Source: Octopus sinensis (Eukaryota). From it: 64,000 nucleotides of DNA. Shown one piece after another: positions 1 to 12,950 of this stretch (position 1 is the stretch's first letter; the number at the start of each line of letters is the position of its first letter). The DNA is taken from assembly GCF_006345805.1 (NCBI RefSeq), contig NC_043004.1:12462001-12526000 (forward strand), given 5' to 3'. Both the position numbers and the translations under genes were made by a program. A model generated the notes under the pieces. The model searched no databases, was not told the origin of the DNA, and was given only the letters and a program-made list of their open reading frames with translations.

Positions 1-44
1 ATACACATATACATACATATGTGTGTGTGTGTATGCACATATTT

Positions 45-172
45 ATAGGCGCAGGAGTATCTGTGTGGTATGTAGCTTGGTTCCCAACCACATTGTTCCG
101 GATTCAGTCCCACAGCGTGGCACCTTGGGCCAAGTGTCTTCTACTATAGCATCGGGCCGACCAATCCCTTGT
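45..172 (+). mobile_element. tRNA-derived SINE family A, 5' head fragment
   Basis: Matches the head shared by many copies in the window (ATAGGCGCAGGAGT..GTGTGGT..CCAACCACAT.GTTCCGG.TTCAGTCCCAC.GCGTGGCACCTTGGGC.AAGTGTCTTCTACTATAGC); compare 25203 and 63595. Confidence 0.85.
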
Positions 173-185
173 GGGATATATATTA

Positions 186-615
186 CTGAGATGTATGCAG
201 TAATATATATCTGGAAGATCCTGGAAGGAATTGTGCAAAATTTTGGCATTGAAAGCTACACCAATGCCAGGACGAGACGACACTGCATAGTGTCAAAGAT
301 CCCAGCAATGCCATCACGCTTCAGGACCAGCTACTGCAACAGCCTGGGTTTCAAGGGCCCACAGCTTTTTAATATTCTCCCAAAGAGTCTGAGGAACTTG
401 TACAAAGAAGATGTAGCGGTTTTTAAATCAAAGCTGGACCTTTTCCTGTCGAGAGTCCCAGATGAGCCTACCTCACAGCAAGAGGTGCAAATGAGGGTAG
501 CTATATGAAACTCCATTCTTCACCAAGTCCCACATATTAGAGGAGACTCTTAGTAATAACAGTGTAGTACAAAACGGGGATGCATCAGCATGGCCGCAGC
601 TCTGATCTGAAAGTA
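186..615 (+). mobile_element. CR1/L2-group LINE, 3' terminal fragment (ORF2 C-terminus plus 3' UTR)
   Basis: Translation YAVIYIWKILEG..NFGIESYTNARTRRHC..CNSLGFKGPQLFNILP..KLDLFLSRVPDEPT is homologous to the end of the RT-bearing copy at 16431-18345; ends in the CAGCATGGCCGCAGCTC tail followed by (TA)n. Confidence 0.85.
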
Positions 616-674
<59 letters not shown>

Positions 675-1439
675 CTATATATATATATATATATCTATAT
701 ATATATCTTATTCCAAAAGGCAGATTTTATCTGCCTCCCTTTGTCTCTTATAGAAATCTACAATATAGGATTTCTTCAATTACAATTTACCTAGCATTTT
801 TAAGGGTAGAATACATCGGGTCGTGCGCATCCAGTTTTTAAAATTTCAACCCCAATTAAGCAAAATTTCGAGAAAACTCACATTGTGGTGTGTAAGTGAA
901 GTGCTTTTCTTAGTGTGGGCTACAGCACACACACACACACACACAAAAACGGAGCGATCTGCTTCACTCACGCTATCACCCTAATTTCTCCTCCTTTCTC
1001 TTTGCAAGTGTGCAACGATTAAAGTGAAAGTATTTATATAAAACGGATCACTCATGCTATCACCATAATTTCTCATTCTTTCTCTTTGCAAGTGTACCTT
1101 AAACCACTACTAAAAAAAAACACAGCAAACAGAAACAAATAAATACATAACGATTTACTCCTCACACAATTTCTTCAATTAGAGTTTACCTATGATTTTT
1201 CAAAGTACTTCCATTCGGTCATAACATACAAAAGTTCTTTCAATTTCACCCCCATTTCAGAAAAAATTCGAGAAAACTACCTTTTCACTTCAAAGCCTTT
1301 ACTCTGCATATTACTCCCACTTCCTCTTTACACACATAGACACGCAAATATATAAATAAAATTGTAAGCTAATGTGTGTGTGTGTGCGTGTGTGTGAGTG
1401 TGTGTGTGTGTGAGTGTGTGTGCGTGTGTGTGTGTAAGG

Positions 1440-1476
<37 letters not shown>

Positions 1477-1483
1477 TGTGTGA

Positions 1484-2242
1484 CAGGGATGAGCCAGTCA
1501 GACTGGTCATCCTTTTTGCTACACCACTGGCTTTTAGTTCATATTAATCAAATTAATATTCACAACAAGAAGGCCTATTTATTATTATACATCAGTTCCA
1601 CACATTTACCCTGGTTCCATTTCGGACAACTGCACAAACATTTGCCATTTCACACATGTATGTAAACAAATTCCTTTCTTAAAAATTTCCTCACACCCTC
1701 CTTGCACTTTGCGAAGGCAAAATACCAGGGGATGAAACTGGTAATATTGCCATCGATTCCATTTGTACCTTTGTTAAGACGCCTTCTGATCTCAGAGATG
1801 CAGTGTTCCCAGATCTACAAGCTAATTATCAGAATATGGATTGGATTGGCCAAAGGGCTATTCTGGCCCCGAGGAATAAAACTTCACCATATTAATGATG
1901 AAATGCTAAAACTCATTCCTGGGGAAGTCTATGTATATCAGTCTATCGATACAACTCCTGACCCAGAGGACGTCATCAACTATCCAATAGAGGTACTCAA
2001 TTCCTTTGAGCACCCCGGACTACCACCACACTTTCTCAAACTTAAAGTTGGTGCCCCTATAATGCTCATCAGATATTTGGTTCCCCCAAAACAATGCAAT
2101 GGCACACGTTTGATCGTTAAGTCCTTATCTCCCACCGTAAACTTATATCAATATTTGCCTGAATAATCATCATAATTCAGTGCAATCATTAACAGTACTT
2201 TCAAGCAATTCAGCCCCGAGCAACGCCGCGCAATTCTGCTAG
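1484..2242 (+). mobile_element. Helitron 3' portion with PIF1-like helicase remnant and CTAG terminus
   Basis: ORF 1702-2166 contains RAILAPRN (frameshifted) and NYPIEVLNSFEHPGLPPHFLKLKVGAPIMLIRYL..CNGTRL, typical of Helitron/PIF1 helicase. Decayed hairpin CCCGAGCAACGCCGCG precedes CTAG|T at 2239-2243. May extend 5' to about 700, where a Helitron-like start and a shared TAAAGTGAAAGTAT motif occur. Confidence 0.85.
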
Positions 2243-2295
<53 letters not shown>

Positions 2296-2471
2296 TATAT
2301 ATATATATATATGTATATATACACTTACATATATTATATAATACATATTATAATATATATACACACTTACATATATACATTATATATATATATACATTAC
2401 ATATATAGATATATTTATATATATACTTATATATAAATATAAATATAAACATATATACATACTTATGTGTA

Positions 2472-2504
<33 letters not shown>

Positions 2505-3500
2505 GTATGTATGTATGTATGTAAGTATGTATGTATGTATACCATAACGTGATTTTATTTGGAAAACAGTATATTAAATAATTTGGCACGAATCAACATG
2601 CAAAGTCATATAACATTAAGTAAGATCGTGTTTTCATAACGTGTCGCTTCTCCAGGCAATGAATCTTTGGGTAATTCTTCGGCAATATGTCACCAAAATT
2701 ATAGCGGCATATGACAATTTAGTGAAAGAGTAGAATAAAATAGACTTCTTCGTTCAAGGAATTTAGAATTATTGAGCAAGTACCCAATGAAATCCATTAA
2801 TTTCTCATGGAAAACTGATTCATTATTTCCTTTCTTCTGGCGAGAAGTGATCAGAATTTAGTTCCTTAATGAATCGCTGAGAGATGATTAATTACCATAG
2901 ACAATATCTATCGTTCATATCAATAGGATGTGCCTGCAGCTTTTAATAGACATTATATCGGAAGAAATTGCGCTAGTAAACTTATCTAGATTGTTGTTAG
3001 AATATTTAGACAAAGGCATGGATAATTTTACATTATTTTAATGTCTACGGAGTCTACTATAGCTGGCTGATAACGTCTGTAGGAGGGAACTCCGCATGTG
3101 CACATGCGCAAATACACGCAGACCTGCGGATATGCCGACTCCTACACTCAGAGAGAATTAAGTTAGAAATAAAACAATTAGTTTGTAAAGTATACTAGCC
3201 ATCTCAATATGGCTAACCACTAAGGGTGGATGTTACTGTAGCTTTTAGCCCCAGGAGATCATAGTCTCCAGCTGGCTTTAGGCACACTTTCTGTGTTCTT
3301 ATGGTATTTGCAAAGGGAGGTCATCCCTCCCTCGTAAACCTAAGTGATACGCACGGACTGCAGTTTCGAGGTATTTGCCTCTTGTCAACGTACGGCAATC
3401 ACTGGTTTTCGATGAAAGGAGACCTGTTAGCAAATACTTATTGTTTTTCCCAGGAACTTCAGTCACTGATTTCGAAAAACTGTCTAATATTTTAAGAAAC

Positions 3501-3667
3501 AAAGATGTTTGCGAACTGACGACATCAAATAATGGATTGGAAATAAGGTCCAAGTAATCCATGCATGCAGCACAGCACAAAGGAAGGTGGAGAGTTTTGG
3601 CAAGCCGACCATTGGACATAGAGAGGGCAGCGAACTGAGAGATGATGATAATCAGAACAAACGCTTC
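3501..3667 (+). repeat. Dispersed repeat, copy 1 (second copy 26593-26760); possible DDE integrase remnant
   Basis: About 165 bp nearly identical between the two loci; translations LRTDD..EW and AQRKVES/FWQ resemble integrase TDNG.EF and QGKVER motifs with frameshifts. Confidence 0.5.
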
Positions 3668-4110
3668 TTAAGGCGGTAAGCTAGCAGGATCATTAGCACT
3701 CCGAGCAAAAGGTTTATAGGCATTTCGTCCGTCCTCACGTTCTGAGTTCAAATTCCGTGGAGGTCGACTTCGCTTTTTATCGTTTTGGGGTCGATAAAAT
3801 TAGTACCAGTAGAGCACTAGGTCGATATAATGGACTAGCTCCCTACCACCAAATTTTCAGGCCATCTGTCTATAGCAGAACGGAATATTTCAAGGAATAT
3901 TAAAGCGGCGAGCGGGTAGAATCATCGATGTGCCGGACAATATGGTTCGTGGCATTTCGTCCGTCATCAAGTTCCGCGGAGGTTGACATTACCTTTCAAC
4001 TTTACGTGGGTTGATAAAATAAGTACCAGTTGGGTATGGGGGGGGGTAGATGTAATTGACTTTACCCCGCCCCCGAAAATTCTGGCCTTGTGCCAAAATT
4101 TGAAACCAAT
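3668..4110 (+). mobile_element. tRNA-derived SINE family B, two tandem degenerate copies
   Basis: AAGGCGG..AGCT.GCAG.ATC.TTAGCAC head, B-box-like GAGTTCAAATTCC, then GAGGTCGACTT.GC.TTT.ATC.TTT.GGGGTCGATAAA, repeated at about 3668 and 3902. Confidence 0.8.
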
Positions 4111-4132
4111 ATTATTTTATGTTTTTTTATTC

Positions 4133-4354
4133 TTTTACTTGTTTCAATCATTTGACTGCAGCCATACTGGAGCCCCGCCCTTTAGTCGAACAAATCGACT
4201 CCAGGACTTATTCCCTGCAAGCGTAGTACTTATTCCGTCGGTGTCTTTAGCCTGACCGCTAAGTTACAGGGACGTAAACCACACCAACATCGGTCGGTTG
4301 TCGAGTGACGGAGGGGGGGGAAACACAGACACACACACAAATACATATACATAC

Positions 4355-4399
<45 letters not shown>

Positions 4400-4555
4400 C
4401 ACGACGGACTTCTTTCATTCTCCGTCTATAAAATCCACTCACAAGGCTTTGGTCGGCCCGGGGCTAAAATAGAAGATACTTACCCACGGTGCCACGCAGT
4501 GGGACTGAACCCGGAACTATATAATTGGGAAGCAAGCTTCTCATCACACAGCCAC
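4133..4555 (-). mobile_element. SINE family A, near full length with internal microsatellite
   Basis: Reverse complement of 25203-25640: head at about 4555, (CA)/(TA) tract at 4322-4400, tail with CAGTCAAATGATTGAAAC at about 4140. Confidence 0.9.
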
Positions 4556-5137
4556 TCATCCAGCCTACATACATAAACATATTAATAATCCACCAAGAAA
4601 TCGGTAACTGTAAAACTGTAGAAACTGGACATTGATTATGAAATTTCTTAGGAATATTATTAAATATGCCAAGACTTACTTCAGCGGTCGAAATGGCTGC
4701 ACACTTTGCTGCATGGAAATCTTTAAAATCATGCAGTGTGTGAATAACCTGATTAAAAATGTTGATGTATTGGGGTTAAGGTGCTCAAGCTCTATCCGTA
4801 GAACTTTCCAATATTATGAAATTTGCTCAATGATCCTACCTTGTGACGATGCATCTGGGGTTCATGTCTAAGTAACGTAAATTAATATCAATTTATGCGG
4901 ATTCCTATTAAAACTATTTAATCTAATTTAACCACTAGTGCTCACTCTTGAACTTCGTTTATATACTGGACTGATGTCGACGAATGTAAACGAAGTTTAT
5001 TCTGATTAAAATAACTTTATTCATACTGAGTCAGTTAAGTAATATCGTCCCTAGCTGCACTTGCTCAATTAGATCCTAGTTGAAAATTTTCGTCTGTCTA
5101 TACATAACTATGTTATTATCATTATGATAAATAACTA

Positions 5138-5183
<46 letters not shown>

Positions 5184-5210
5184 GTTATTATTATTATTAT
5201 TATTATTATT

Positions 5211-7718
5211 ACGAAAGACTCTCGGATAGTACTTAATTACCGGTTATTCTTTACTTGAAAGTAGGCAATAGCAAATCACCAAAGGTTTCAAGTAGTGCTT
5301 TCTCCTGTAACTCAAAGAGGCAATACTCTCCTGAGAATGCGAGCTGTACCCAACAATGCTGTCTTCTGGATCACCTCGAGCCTGACAGCAGCTCCAATAT
5401 TCATAATACGTTTTTCAAAGCCCTTAGAAACTGCCCCTAATGCTCCAATTACCACCGGTATCACCATTACTTTCCTCACGCCCCATAACTTTCCTATCTC
5501 ATCCCGCAGTGGCTGGTATTTCTCAATCTTTTCTGTTTCCTAACATTTCACCCTCGCATCGCCTAGTATTGCAACATCTATTATATTTACTTCTTTTACA
5601 TCTTAATGGATGAGCACGATATCTGGTCGTCAGGCCTCAATGACTTGGTCGTACTGCATGTTAAAATACCAGAGTATTTTGTAATTCCCGTTTTCCATTA
5701 CTCCCTCTGCCTTATGTTCATACCATTGTTCGGCTCTCTCGAGGTTTGCTTTGGCGAACAGCCAGTGGGTTCACATTGTCGTGTCTCCTTTTGTATTCGC
5801 TTTGTGCGAGCTTACATCACTCACTAACAATATGACCCATACTTTCTCTCTTGTCATAGTACATCCTACACTGTGGCGAGTCAGTGCTTTTATCAATGTG
5901 ATATTTGGAGTAGTTTGTTCTAAGTGCTTGTTCTTGAGCGCTGCACAATAATGCCTCAGTGGGCCCTTTTAGGTCTCTTTTCTGCAGCTATTGCCAGGTT
6001 CTATTCCAATCAATCTCATCTTTATTCTTCAAGAACTGACTGTGCACTTTCTTGTCCTCCCAAATATTCTTCATCTGCTCACTCTGGTCTTTCTTACATT
6101 GTGTTGGATGTACGGCTTCGTTCACTTTTAAGGTTCCCTGCATTTTCACTGCTTCAATCATTTCTTCTTTACTCCCCTTGACATACCAAGTTAGGTTATT
6201 CTCTTCTTCCCTTAAGCAACCTTCATAACACACCAATCCCTTTCCCCCTTTCTTCTTTACATACAATCTTGTCACATTACTCTTGGGGTGTAGTTCCTTG
6301 TTAATTGTCCTTAATTTACCTATTCTCTAGTCTATCCCTTATAATTCATGTTTCTTCCAGGATGCTATTCCTGCTCCATATCTCATCAAAACAACCGCCC
6401 ACGTATTAATTGCTCTAATCTCATAGTGGCCGTTTAGCTTCCAGTGGAGCACAAGCCGAGTTCTCCTCAAAAACTCTTTCTTGTACATTTCTTTTATCTT
6501 GTGTTCATTCATCTTATCTCTTTCAATAATACCCAGGTACTTATATCCTTCCTCTCCGACTTCCTTTATAGTTTCACCACTTTCCAGCTTGATCCCATGG
6601 CTTTTACTGAATTTACCCCTTTTGAAAATCCTTACACCACATTTCTCGATCCCAAATTCCATGCCAATATCTTTGCTAGTCCTCTGCACAGTTGTCGTCA
6701 AACTCTCGATTTCTTTCTCAGTCTTAGCAAATAGCTTTAGGTCATCCATAAACTACAGTTTTTTTACTTTCACTCTGCTAGCAAGTACCCCATCTTTCTT
6801 AAAACGCCGGTTAGTGGCAGTATGCAGGCAACAAGTTGAAGAGGCGACAGACTGTTCCCTTCAACGATTCCTCCTTTGATATTTACCTCTCCCAGTTTAT
6901 CTCCTCATGCTGTGAGTTCAGTTCGCCATGTTGTCATTAAGTTTTGTATTAACTTCAGGATATTGTGGGAGAGCTTAAGCAGTTTAAGGCATCCAATAAT
7001 CTATGAGTGTGGGACCTTGTCATGTGCTTTCCTGTAGTCCACTTATGCCATCGCCAAATTTTTGTTTCTTCGTGCAGTCAACCAGCATAGTCTTATCGAT
7101 TAGTAATTGATTTTTCGTTCCTCTACCCTTAAGTCTACACCCTTTTTGAGTTATTGGTAGTAGGTCGTTCTCATCTAGGGACTTATAAATGTTGTTGGAT
7201 ATAATGCCTGTCATCAGTTTCCACATCAGTGGCAAGTAAGATATTGGTCGGAAATTTCCAACCGCATTCCCTTTATTTGGGTCCTTCTTGCATAGTATCG
7301 TTCTTCTTTTTGTCACCCAGGCCGGTACTTGGATGTCACTACTCAGTACTTCGTCCATCTGTCTCGCAATTCTCCTGTGCGGAACTGTCAAATCTTAAGC
7401 CAAAAGCCCCGAACCCCATCTGGGCCAAGCACTTTCCAGTTAGGAATTCTCCTGCACTGTTTTATAATCATCTCCTCAGTTATTTTCAATTCTACCTGCT
7501 GATACTTTCCACTCCCCTCTTTGATTGTCTTTAACCACTCTGCTTCAGTTTCGTGTTGTTTCTCCCGAGACTATATGTTTGATCAGAACCTTTTGCTTTC
7601 TTCAGCATCCGGCACAGCTTTTCGCCTTTTTCTTTCCCTTTCAGTTCCTGATAGACTCGTTTCTGATTCTGTTTAATCTGTACTGCTCAATTCTTTGTTC
7701 TTTAGTTTATGTGCTTTA
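5211..7718 (-). mobile_element. R4/Dong-type non-LTR retrotransposon (RT plus C-terminal restriction-like endonuclease), degenerate and 5' truncated
   Basis: Minus-strand translations give NFRPISYLPLMWKLMTG, QKGCR, MDDLKLFAK, KYLG, INTWAV, HPKSNVTRLY..GGKGL, decayed zinc knuckle CRMYYDKRESMGHIVSE*, endonuclease RPDIV..IIDVAI..KIEKY, and QKTALLGTARILRRVL. The 3' end abuts (AAT)n at 5141-5210. Multiple stops and frameshifts. Confidence 0.9.
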
Positions 7719-8292
7719 GCAACCACATTCATTTTCAGCTTTCTTTCTGCAACCATAACCATGTCTCACTACAACTTTTTGCTGCAACTGTCTTTGGGAA
7801 TTTACTATGCAATGCTTTCTCCTGCCAGTCAGATAATTTATGTTCTTTTTTCTGGTTGTTAACTTCGTTTGGGTCTTTGGTTTCCCTATGTCTTGCTGTG
7901 ACTCTCGCAGCTTTTAATAAACTTTCTTCACTATTACCTACATAAGAGTCTACATCTACTCTAGCTAACTCCACGCTGTCTTCTACTGATATTAACCCTC
8001 TTCCGCCTTCCTTTCTAGGTAGGTATAATCTTGCTACCCCTGCCCTTGGGTGGAACCCTCCATTCATATTGAATTCCTTCTTAGTTCTTCTGTATAGCTT
8101 TGCTAATTCACTTTTTGTCCAGTCTACATTTAAGTAATGACACTGCCCAAGTATTTACAGCCTTCGAAAGATTCGGACCATTTAGCTTTGACTTCATTAG
8201 CTTCTTCACCTTTCTGATGTACTCCTTCTCAATTTTCGTTTTCATTTCTATAGTTAGTACTCTTTTAGATTCTAATACTCCTAGATACTTAT
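7719..8292 (-). mobile_element. Second R4/Dong-type fragment (RT end/thumb region) joined to the first
   Basis: YKYLGVLE..KLNGPNLSKAVNTWAV..GFHPRAGVARLYLPRKEGGRGLISVEDSVE..WQEKALHSKF; repeats a region already present at about 6000-6550 but with a divergent sequence. Confidence 0.8.
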
Positions 8293-8312
8293 ATATTATT
8301 ATTATTATTATT

Positions 8313-8866
8313 GAGTGAGAGAGCAGTTCATGCCATCAAAGTGACACTGGGGTAAAATATACGAAGCCCAATATACCCATCATGACTACCCGTCTGATAA
8401 AGGTACACCAGGCACATGCATCACAACCATATGTGCGCGACATGGTGATCTCATATCAAGATGAACAGCACATGACCTTGCAGGTGGGGCCCAGTTAGAA
8501 TTTTCTTCAGGTTGAGTAGCCCATCCCGCTCAAACGGTCCCTGAATAAGGGTTGTTTAAGGATGTTGAAAGAACCACCCATGTTTCCAGAGGTGAACTAT
8601 TCAAACCCCAAAGAATCCCTCTCAACACATGGCTATGATGCTCCCCCACTACTTCTGCTCGTGATCAGAGATGCACATATCGTCAGCCACTAAGGGACAT
8701 GCTCAACTGGTTAAGGTCAAACAACTGACAAGCAAATCTGTGGTATTGAGCAGAATATTTGCTGTAGCCCATCTTTTATACCAAGACAAAACAATGTACA
8801 TGATAACACTTCCAATCAGTTAAGATCAGAAGCCATGAGAGCCACTGCCTGGTACTGCATCAGGGC

Positions 8867-8868
<2 letters not shown>
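8313..8868. repeat. About 556-bp non-coding element inserted in a (TTA)n tract, probably a mobile element
   Basis: Complex non-coding sequence sharply bounded by (TTA)n on both sides (8295-8312 and 8869-8950); no ORF or tRNA head seen. Single copy in this window. Confidence 0.5.
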
Positions 8869-8934
<66 letters not shown>

Positions 8935-8981
8935 TATTATTATTATTATTGTTATTATATTGTTGTTGTTGTTGTTGTATT

Positions 8982-9200
8982 AAGGCGGCGAGCAGGCAGA
9001 ATCGTTAGTACACTGAACGAAATGCTTAGCGGTAGTTTCATCGGTCTTTACGTTCTCAGTTCAAATCCCGCCGAGGTCGACTTTTCCTTTCAGCCTTTCG
9101 GTGTCGATAAATTAAGTAACAATTACGTACTGGGTTGATCTAATCGACTGGCCCCATCCCCCCAAAATTTCAGGCCTTGTGCCTATAGCAGAAAAGATTA
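8982..9200 (+). mobile_element. SINE family B
   Basis: AAGGCGGCGAGCAGGCAGAATCGTTAG head, GTTCAAATCC B box, family B body. Confidence 0.85.
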
Positions 9201-9512
9201 TTACTGCTGTTGTTGTTATTTTTGAGGAAATAAAATGTGAGTAATCTACCCTGATGTTAATAATTACCATGTGGGTGGGAATATATATTTAATCACTTAT
9301 ACTTACTACGTTGGTATGTTAATTCAATAAATTTATTATGACTTTTGACAGTCTGATTCATAATTACTTTCTCCACCCTTTCAGTTTAATTTTACTTTGA
9401 ATTCTGATTCAAAAAGACAGAATTAATTGTTTTTCAATTTACATTTGATTCATTTTATAATTAAACACATATACGCAACTCTGTTCTGAACAAATATATT
9501 AATTAATACTTA

Positions 9513-10330
9513 TCTCTATATATATAAAACTGAGGATGTTTGTCTGTCTGTGTGTCTGTCTGTCTGTCTGTCTGTGTGTTTCCCTAAAACTTGAGAACTG
9601 CACAACCAATTTCATTCAGATTTTACACATGCCTTACTTAGGGCCCGGGGAGTTTCATCGGCAAGAAAAATTTTAAAGTTTTTCCCTAGGGCGAGCCCAC
9701 AGCAATATCATATCTTCTCCAATACGATTCCCTAAAACTTGAGAACTACACAACCAATTTCATTCAAATTTTACACATGCCTTACTTAGGGTCCATGTAG
9801 TTTCATGGGCAAAAGAAATGTTCAACTTCTTGCCTAGAGCGAGGCCATAGCAATATCATATCTTCTCCACTATTTCAGTATTACGCATTAAAAGTGAAAC
9901 AAAAACATTTCTCTATTTTACGTCAGATACTTTCACTTTAACAATAAAAATAATAATAACAATTGAATTATATGTAGTAAGTAATAATTAAAATCAAACT
10001 AAAGTATAATATAATCGATGCATAACAAAAGTAAAAATAGCAATTGGTATAAAATTGCATCAAAGATTTGGACTTGAATAAGTGGTTTCACATGAATGGG
10101 AATAAATTAAAAATAAAATTAGCGTGCAGAAATGGAATAGTTCTACAATTCCAGTCTGTTATATATTTTCAGTATTGTTATCACTAGCGATATCAAGATA
10201 TAACTTTGTATTTTGTATTTTATGTGTAGATGTATATATATAGATGTACATGTAATATGTACACACATATATATACACATATATACATGCACTAGCACTA
10301 TGACCCGGCAAAGACGGGTCATAATGCTAG
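9513..10330 (+). mobile_element. Non-autonomous Helitron, complete (about 818 bp)
   Basis: A|TC start (TCTCTATATATATAAAACTGAGG..GTCTGTCTG), subterminal hairpin 10291-10331 ending CTAG|T, internal duplication of the CCCTAAAACTTGAGAACT block (about 9582 and 9730). Confidence 0.85.
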
Positions 10331-10333
10331 TTA

Positions 10334-12950
10334 TCTCTCTCTATATAAAACTGAGAATGTGAGTCTGTCTGTCTGTGTGTTTCCCTAAAACTTGAGAACT
10401 ACACAACCAATTTCATTCAAATTTTACACATGCCTTACTTAAGGTCCGGGGAGTGTCATCGGCAAAAAAATCTTAACTTTTTCCCTAGGGCGACCCCACA
10501 GCAATATTATATCTTCTCCACTATTTCAGTATTACGTGTTAAAAGTAAAACAAAAACATCTCTCTTTTGTAATGCAGACACTTTCACTATTAAAGTGAAA
10601 GTATTATATAACAGGGATGAACCATTAACAATGGTCATCCATTTTGCTAGAAGAAGATCCGCTATGGTCTTATATGCTACACCATTGGTTTTCAATTCAT
10701 ATTAATCAAATTAATATTCAATTTTTCACCCTTATTATGTGTGTGTGTGTGTATTAGCAATTCGTATAAAATTGCATCAATGACTTGAACTTGAATAAGT
10801 AGTTTTACATAAATGGGGATAAATTAAAAAGGTTTGTTATTATTATTACTGTTTGACTATTGTAATCCTGTTTGTTGGTTCCTCGTCAGGGAAACGTTGT
10901 TGTGTTGCATTTGTTAAATAATTGTAAACCGTAACACTCCCCTTTCGGAGAAGGGGCTTTGGTTATTGTTTATAAATTGAATTGTGTCCCTGTTTGGGGA
11001 AATTGACAATATTTTCACCGTCTTTACGGAAGCATTTTTGTTAAAATGCCTTCGATAGAAGAAAGTCCAAAAATGAATTTCGCTGCAGCCGTACACTTCT
11101 ATACAAGAGGGAGGACAAGATCCAATTTATCGAAATTGCAAGAGACGGGCCTACAATTCCAGTCTTTTATATATTTTGAGTATTGTTATCACTAGCGATA
11201 TCAAGATATAACTTTGTAGTTTGTATTTTATGTGCAGATGTATATATATAGATGTACATGTAATATGTACACATATATATACACATATATACATGCATAA
11301 TATATCTACCCATACACACATACGCACACACACACACACACTTACATAGGGGCAGGTGTGGCTGTGTGGTAACGAACTACGTTCTAAACACATGGTCCTG
11401 GGTTCAGTCCCACTGTGTGGTGACTTGGCATGTGTCTTCTGCTGTAGCCTCAGACCAACAAAAGCCTTCTCAGTGAATTTTGTATATATATACAGGCATA
11501 CATATATATATGCATACGTACATGTTCGGCATAAACACTCTACCACTACAACTAATAACTGTTGAGAACACTTTCAAACCTGCCTTACATTCGAACCGGA
11601 AACTCAACGCCCGAGTTTTCCATCTGAAGTTAATCTCTCTCATGGAGCTTATACAAAAAGGGCAAGTCTTTGGGCCAATACAATGTAACATGTACACAGT
11701 CGAGTGGCAAAAAAGGGGCCTTCCACATGCTCATATCCTGCTTTGGCTCTCAGCAAAGATCAATTCCAATGACATCGACAAGATAATCTCTGCAGAGCTT
11801 CCTGATCCAGCTTTAGACAAAGAACTATACGAAATAGTTAAAGCAAACATGGTACATGGTCCATGTGGGCGTGGATTCAACATAAACTCACCATGCTTGA
11901 AGGACAGCATATGTTCAAAGAGATTTCCAAGGAGGTTCCTACAAGAAACTCAGACAGGTGCTGATGGGTATCCATCATACAGACGCAGAAAACCAAAAGA
12001 CGGAGGTTTCACAGCAACTATCGGACAGCACGATATTGATAATAGATGGATTGTTCCATACTGCCCATTCCTGTCAAAGACTTTCAATGCCCACATCAAC
12101 GTTGAGTTTTGCAACTCCGTTAAATCCATCAAGTACATTTGCAAATATGTAAATAAGGGTTCTGTCGCTGCAATGTTTGGACTTCAACAAGAATACTGCC
12201 AGGGTGAGGTGACGCATTATCAGGTGGGACGGTACATAAATAGCAACGAGGCTTTCTGGCGCATCTTTGGCTTTCCAATTCACCAACGACACCCCGCCAT
12301 TCAACAGCTTGCAGTGCACCTGGAAAATGGTCAAAGAGTGTACTTCACCGATGCTAATGCTTCTCTGTTGGCAGAGGAACCAAGGGATAGCACACTCACT
12401 GCATTCTTCAAGCTTTGTCAAGTGGATCCATTCGCTCAAACCTTGCTGTATCCACAGATTCCATCGTACTACACTTGGAATGGAAAAAAATGGGCCCCAC
12501 GGAAAGCAGGTCAAAATGTTCATGGATACCCTGGCATTAAGTTTCACACTTGCCTTGGGCGAGTATACATAGTTATTCCTACTCAACAAAAGTGCTTCTA
12601 CCTTCGTCTACTACTGCATGAGGTCAGAGAGCCAACGTCTTTCCAGGCCCTAAAAACCGTTCATGGACATGTCTGCACAACATAGAGAAGCCTGCTATCG
12701 ACAAGGTCTGTTAGAAGATGGTGTACAATGGGATGCAACTTTAGGAGAGGCTGCTTTATCACAATCACCTAAAAGTCTCAGGGCACTATTTGCAGTATTA
12801 CTACAGGCATGCGAACTGTGTGATCCGGCCACTCTGGCTCAAATATAGAGACAACCTGGCTGAAGACTTTCAGCGCCAAGCTCAACTGCTCTATACTGAC
12901 ATGTAGGGTATCAGCAATGAAATCTATAACAAAACACTCATTGACATTTT
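10334..12950 (+). mobile_element. Second Helitron copy in tandem, carrying a Rep-domain remnant
   Basis: Same 5' end as 9513 (TCTCTCTCTATATAAAACTGAG) and collinear internal blocks; interrupted by extra segments and a SINE head (11346-11480); continues into Rep coding sequence. Confidence 0.7.
11520..12950 (+). pseudogene. Helitron Rep (HUH rolling-circle endonuclease) coding fragment
   Basis: ORF 11480-12685 contains YTVEWQKRGLPHAHILLW (HUH motif 2), MVHGPCG, DNRWIVPYCP, HINVEFC and SIKYICKYVNKG (catalytic Tyr motif 3); continues through a frameshift or stop as REACYRQGLLEDG..LRALFAVLL. Confidence 0.92.
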
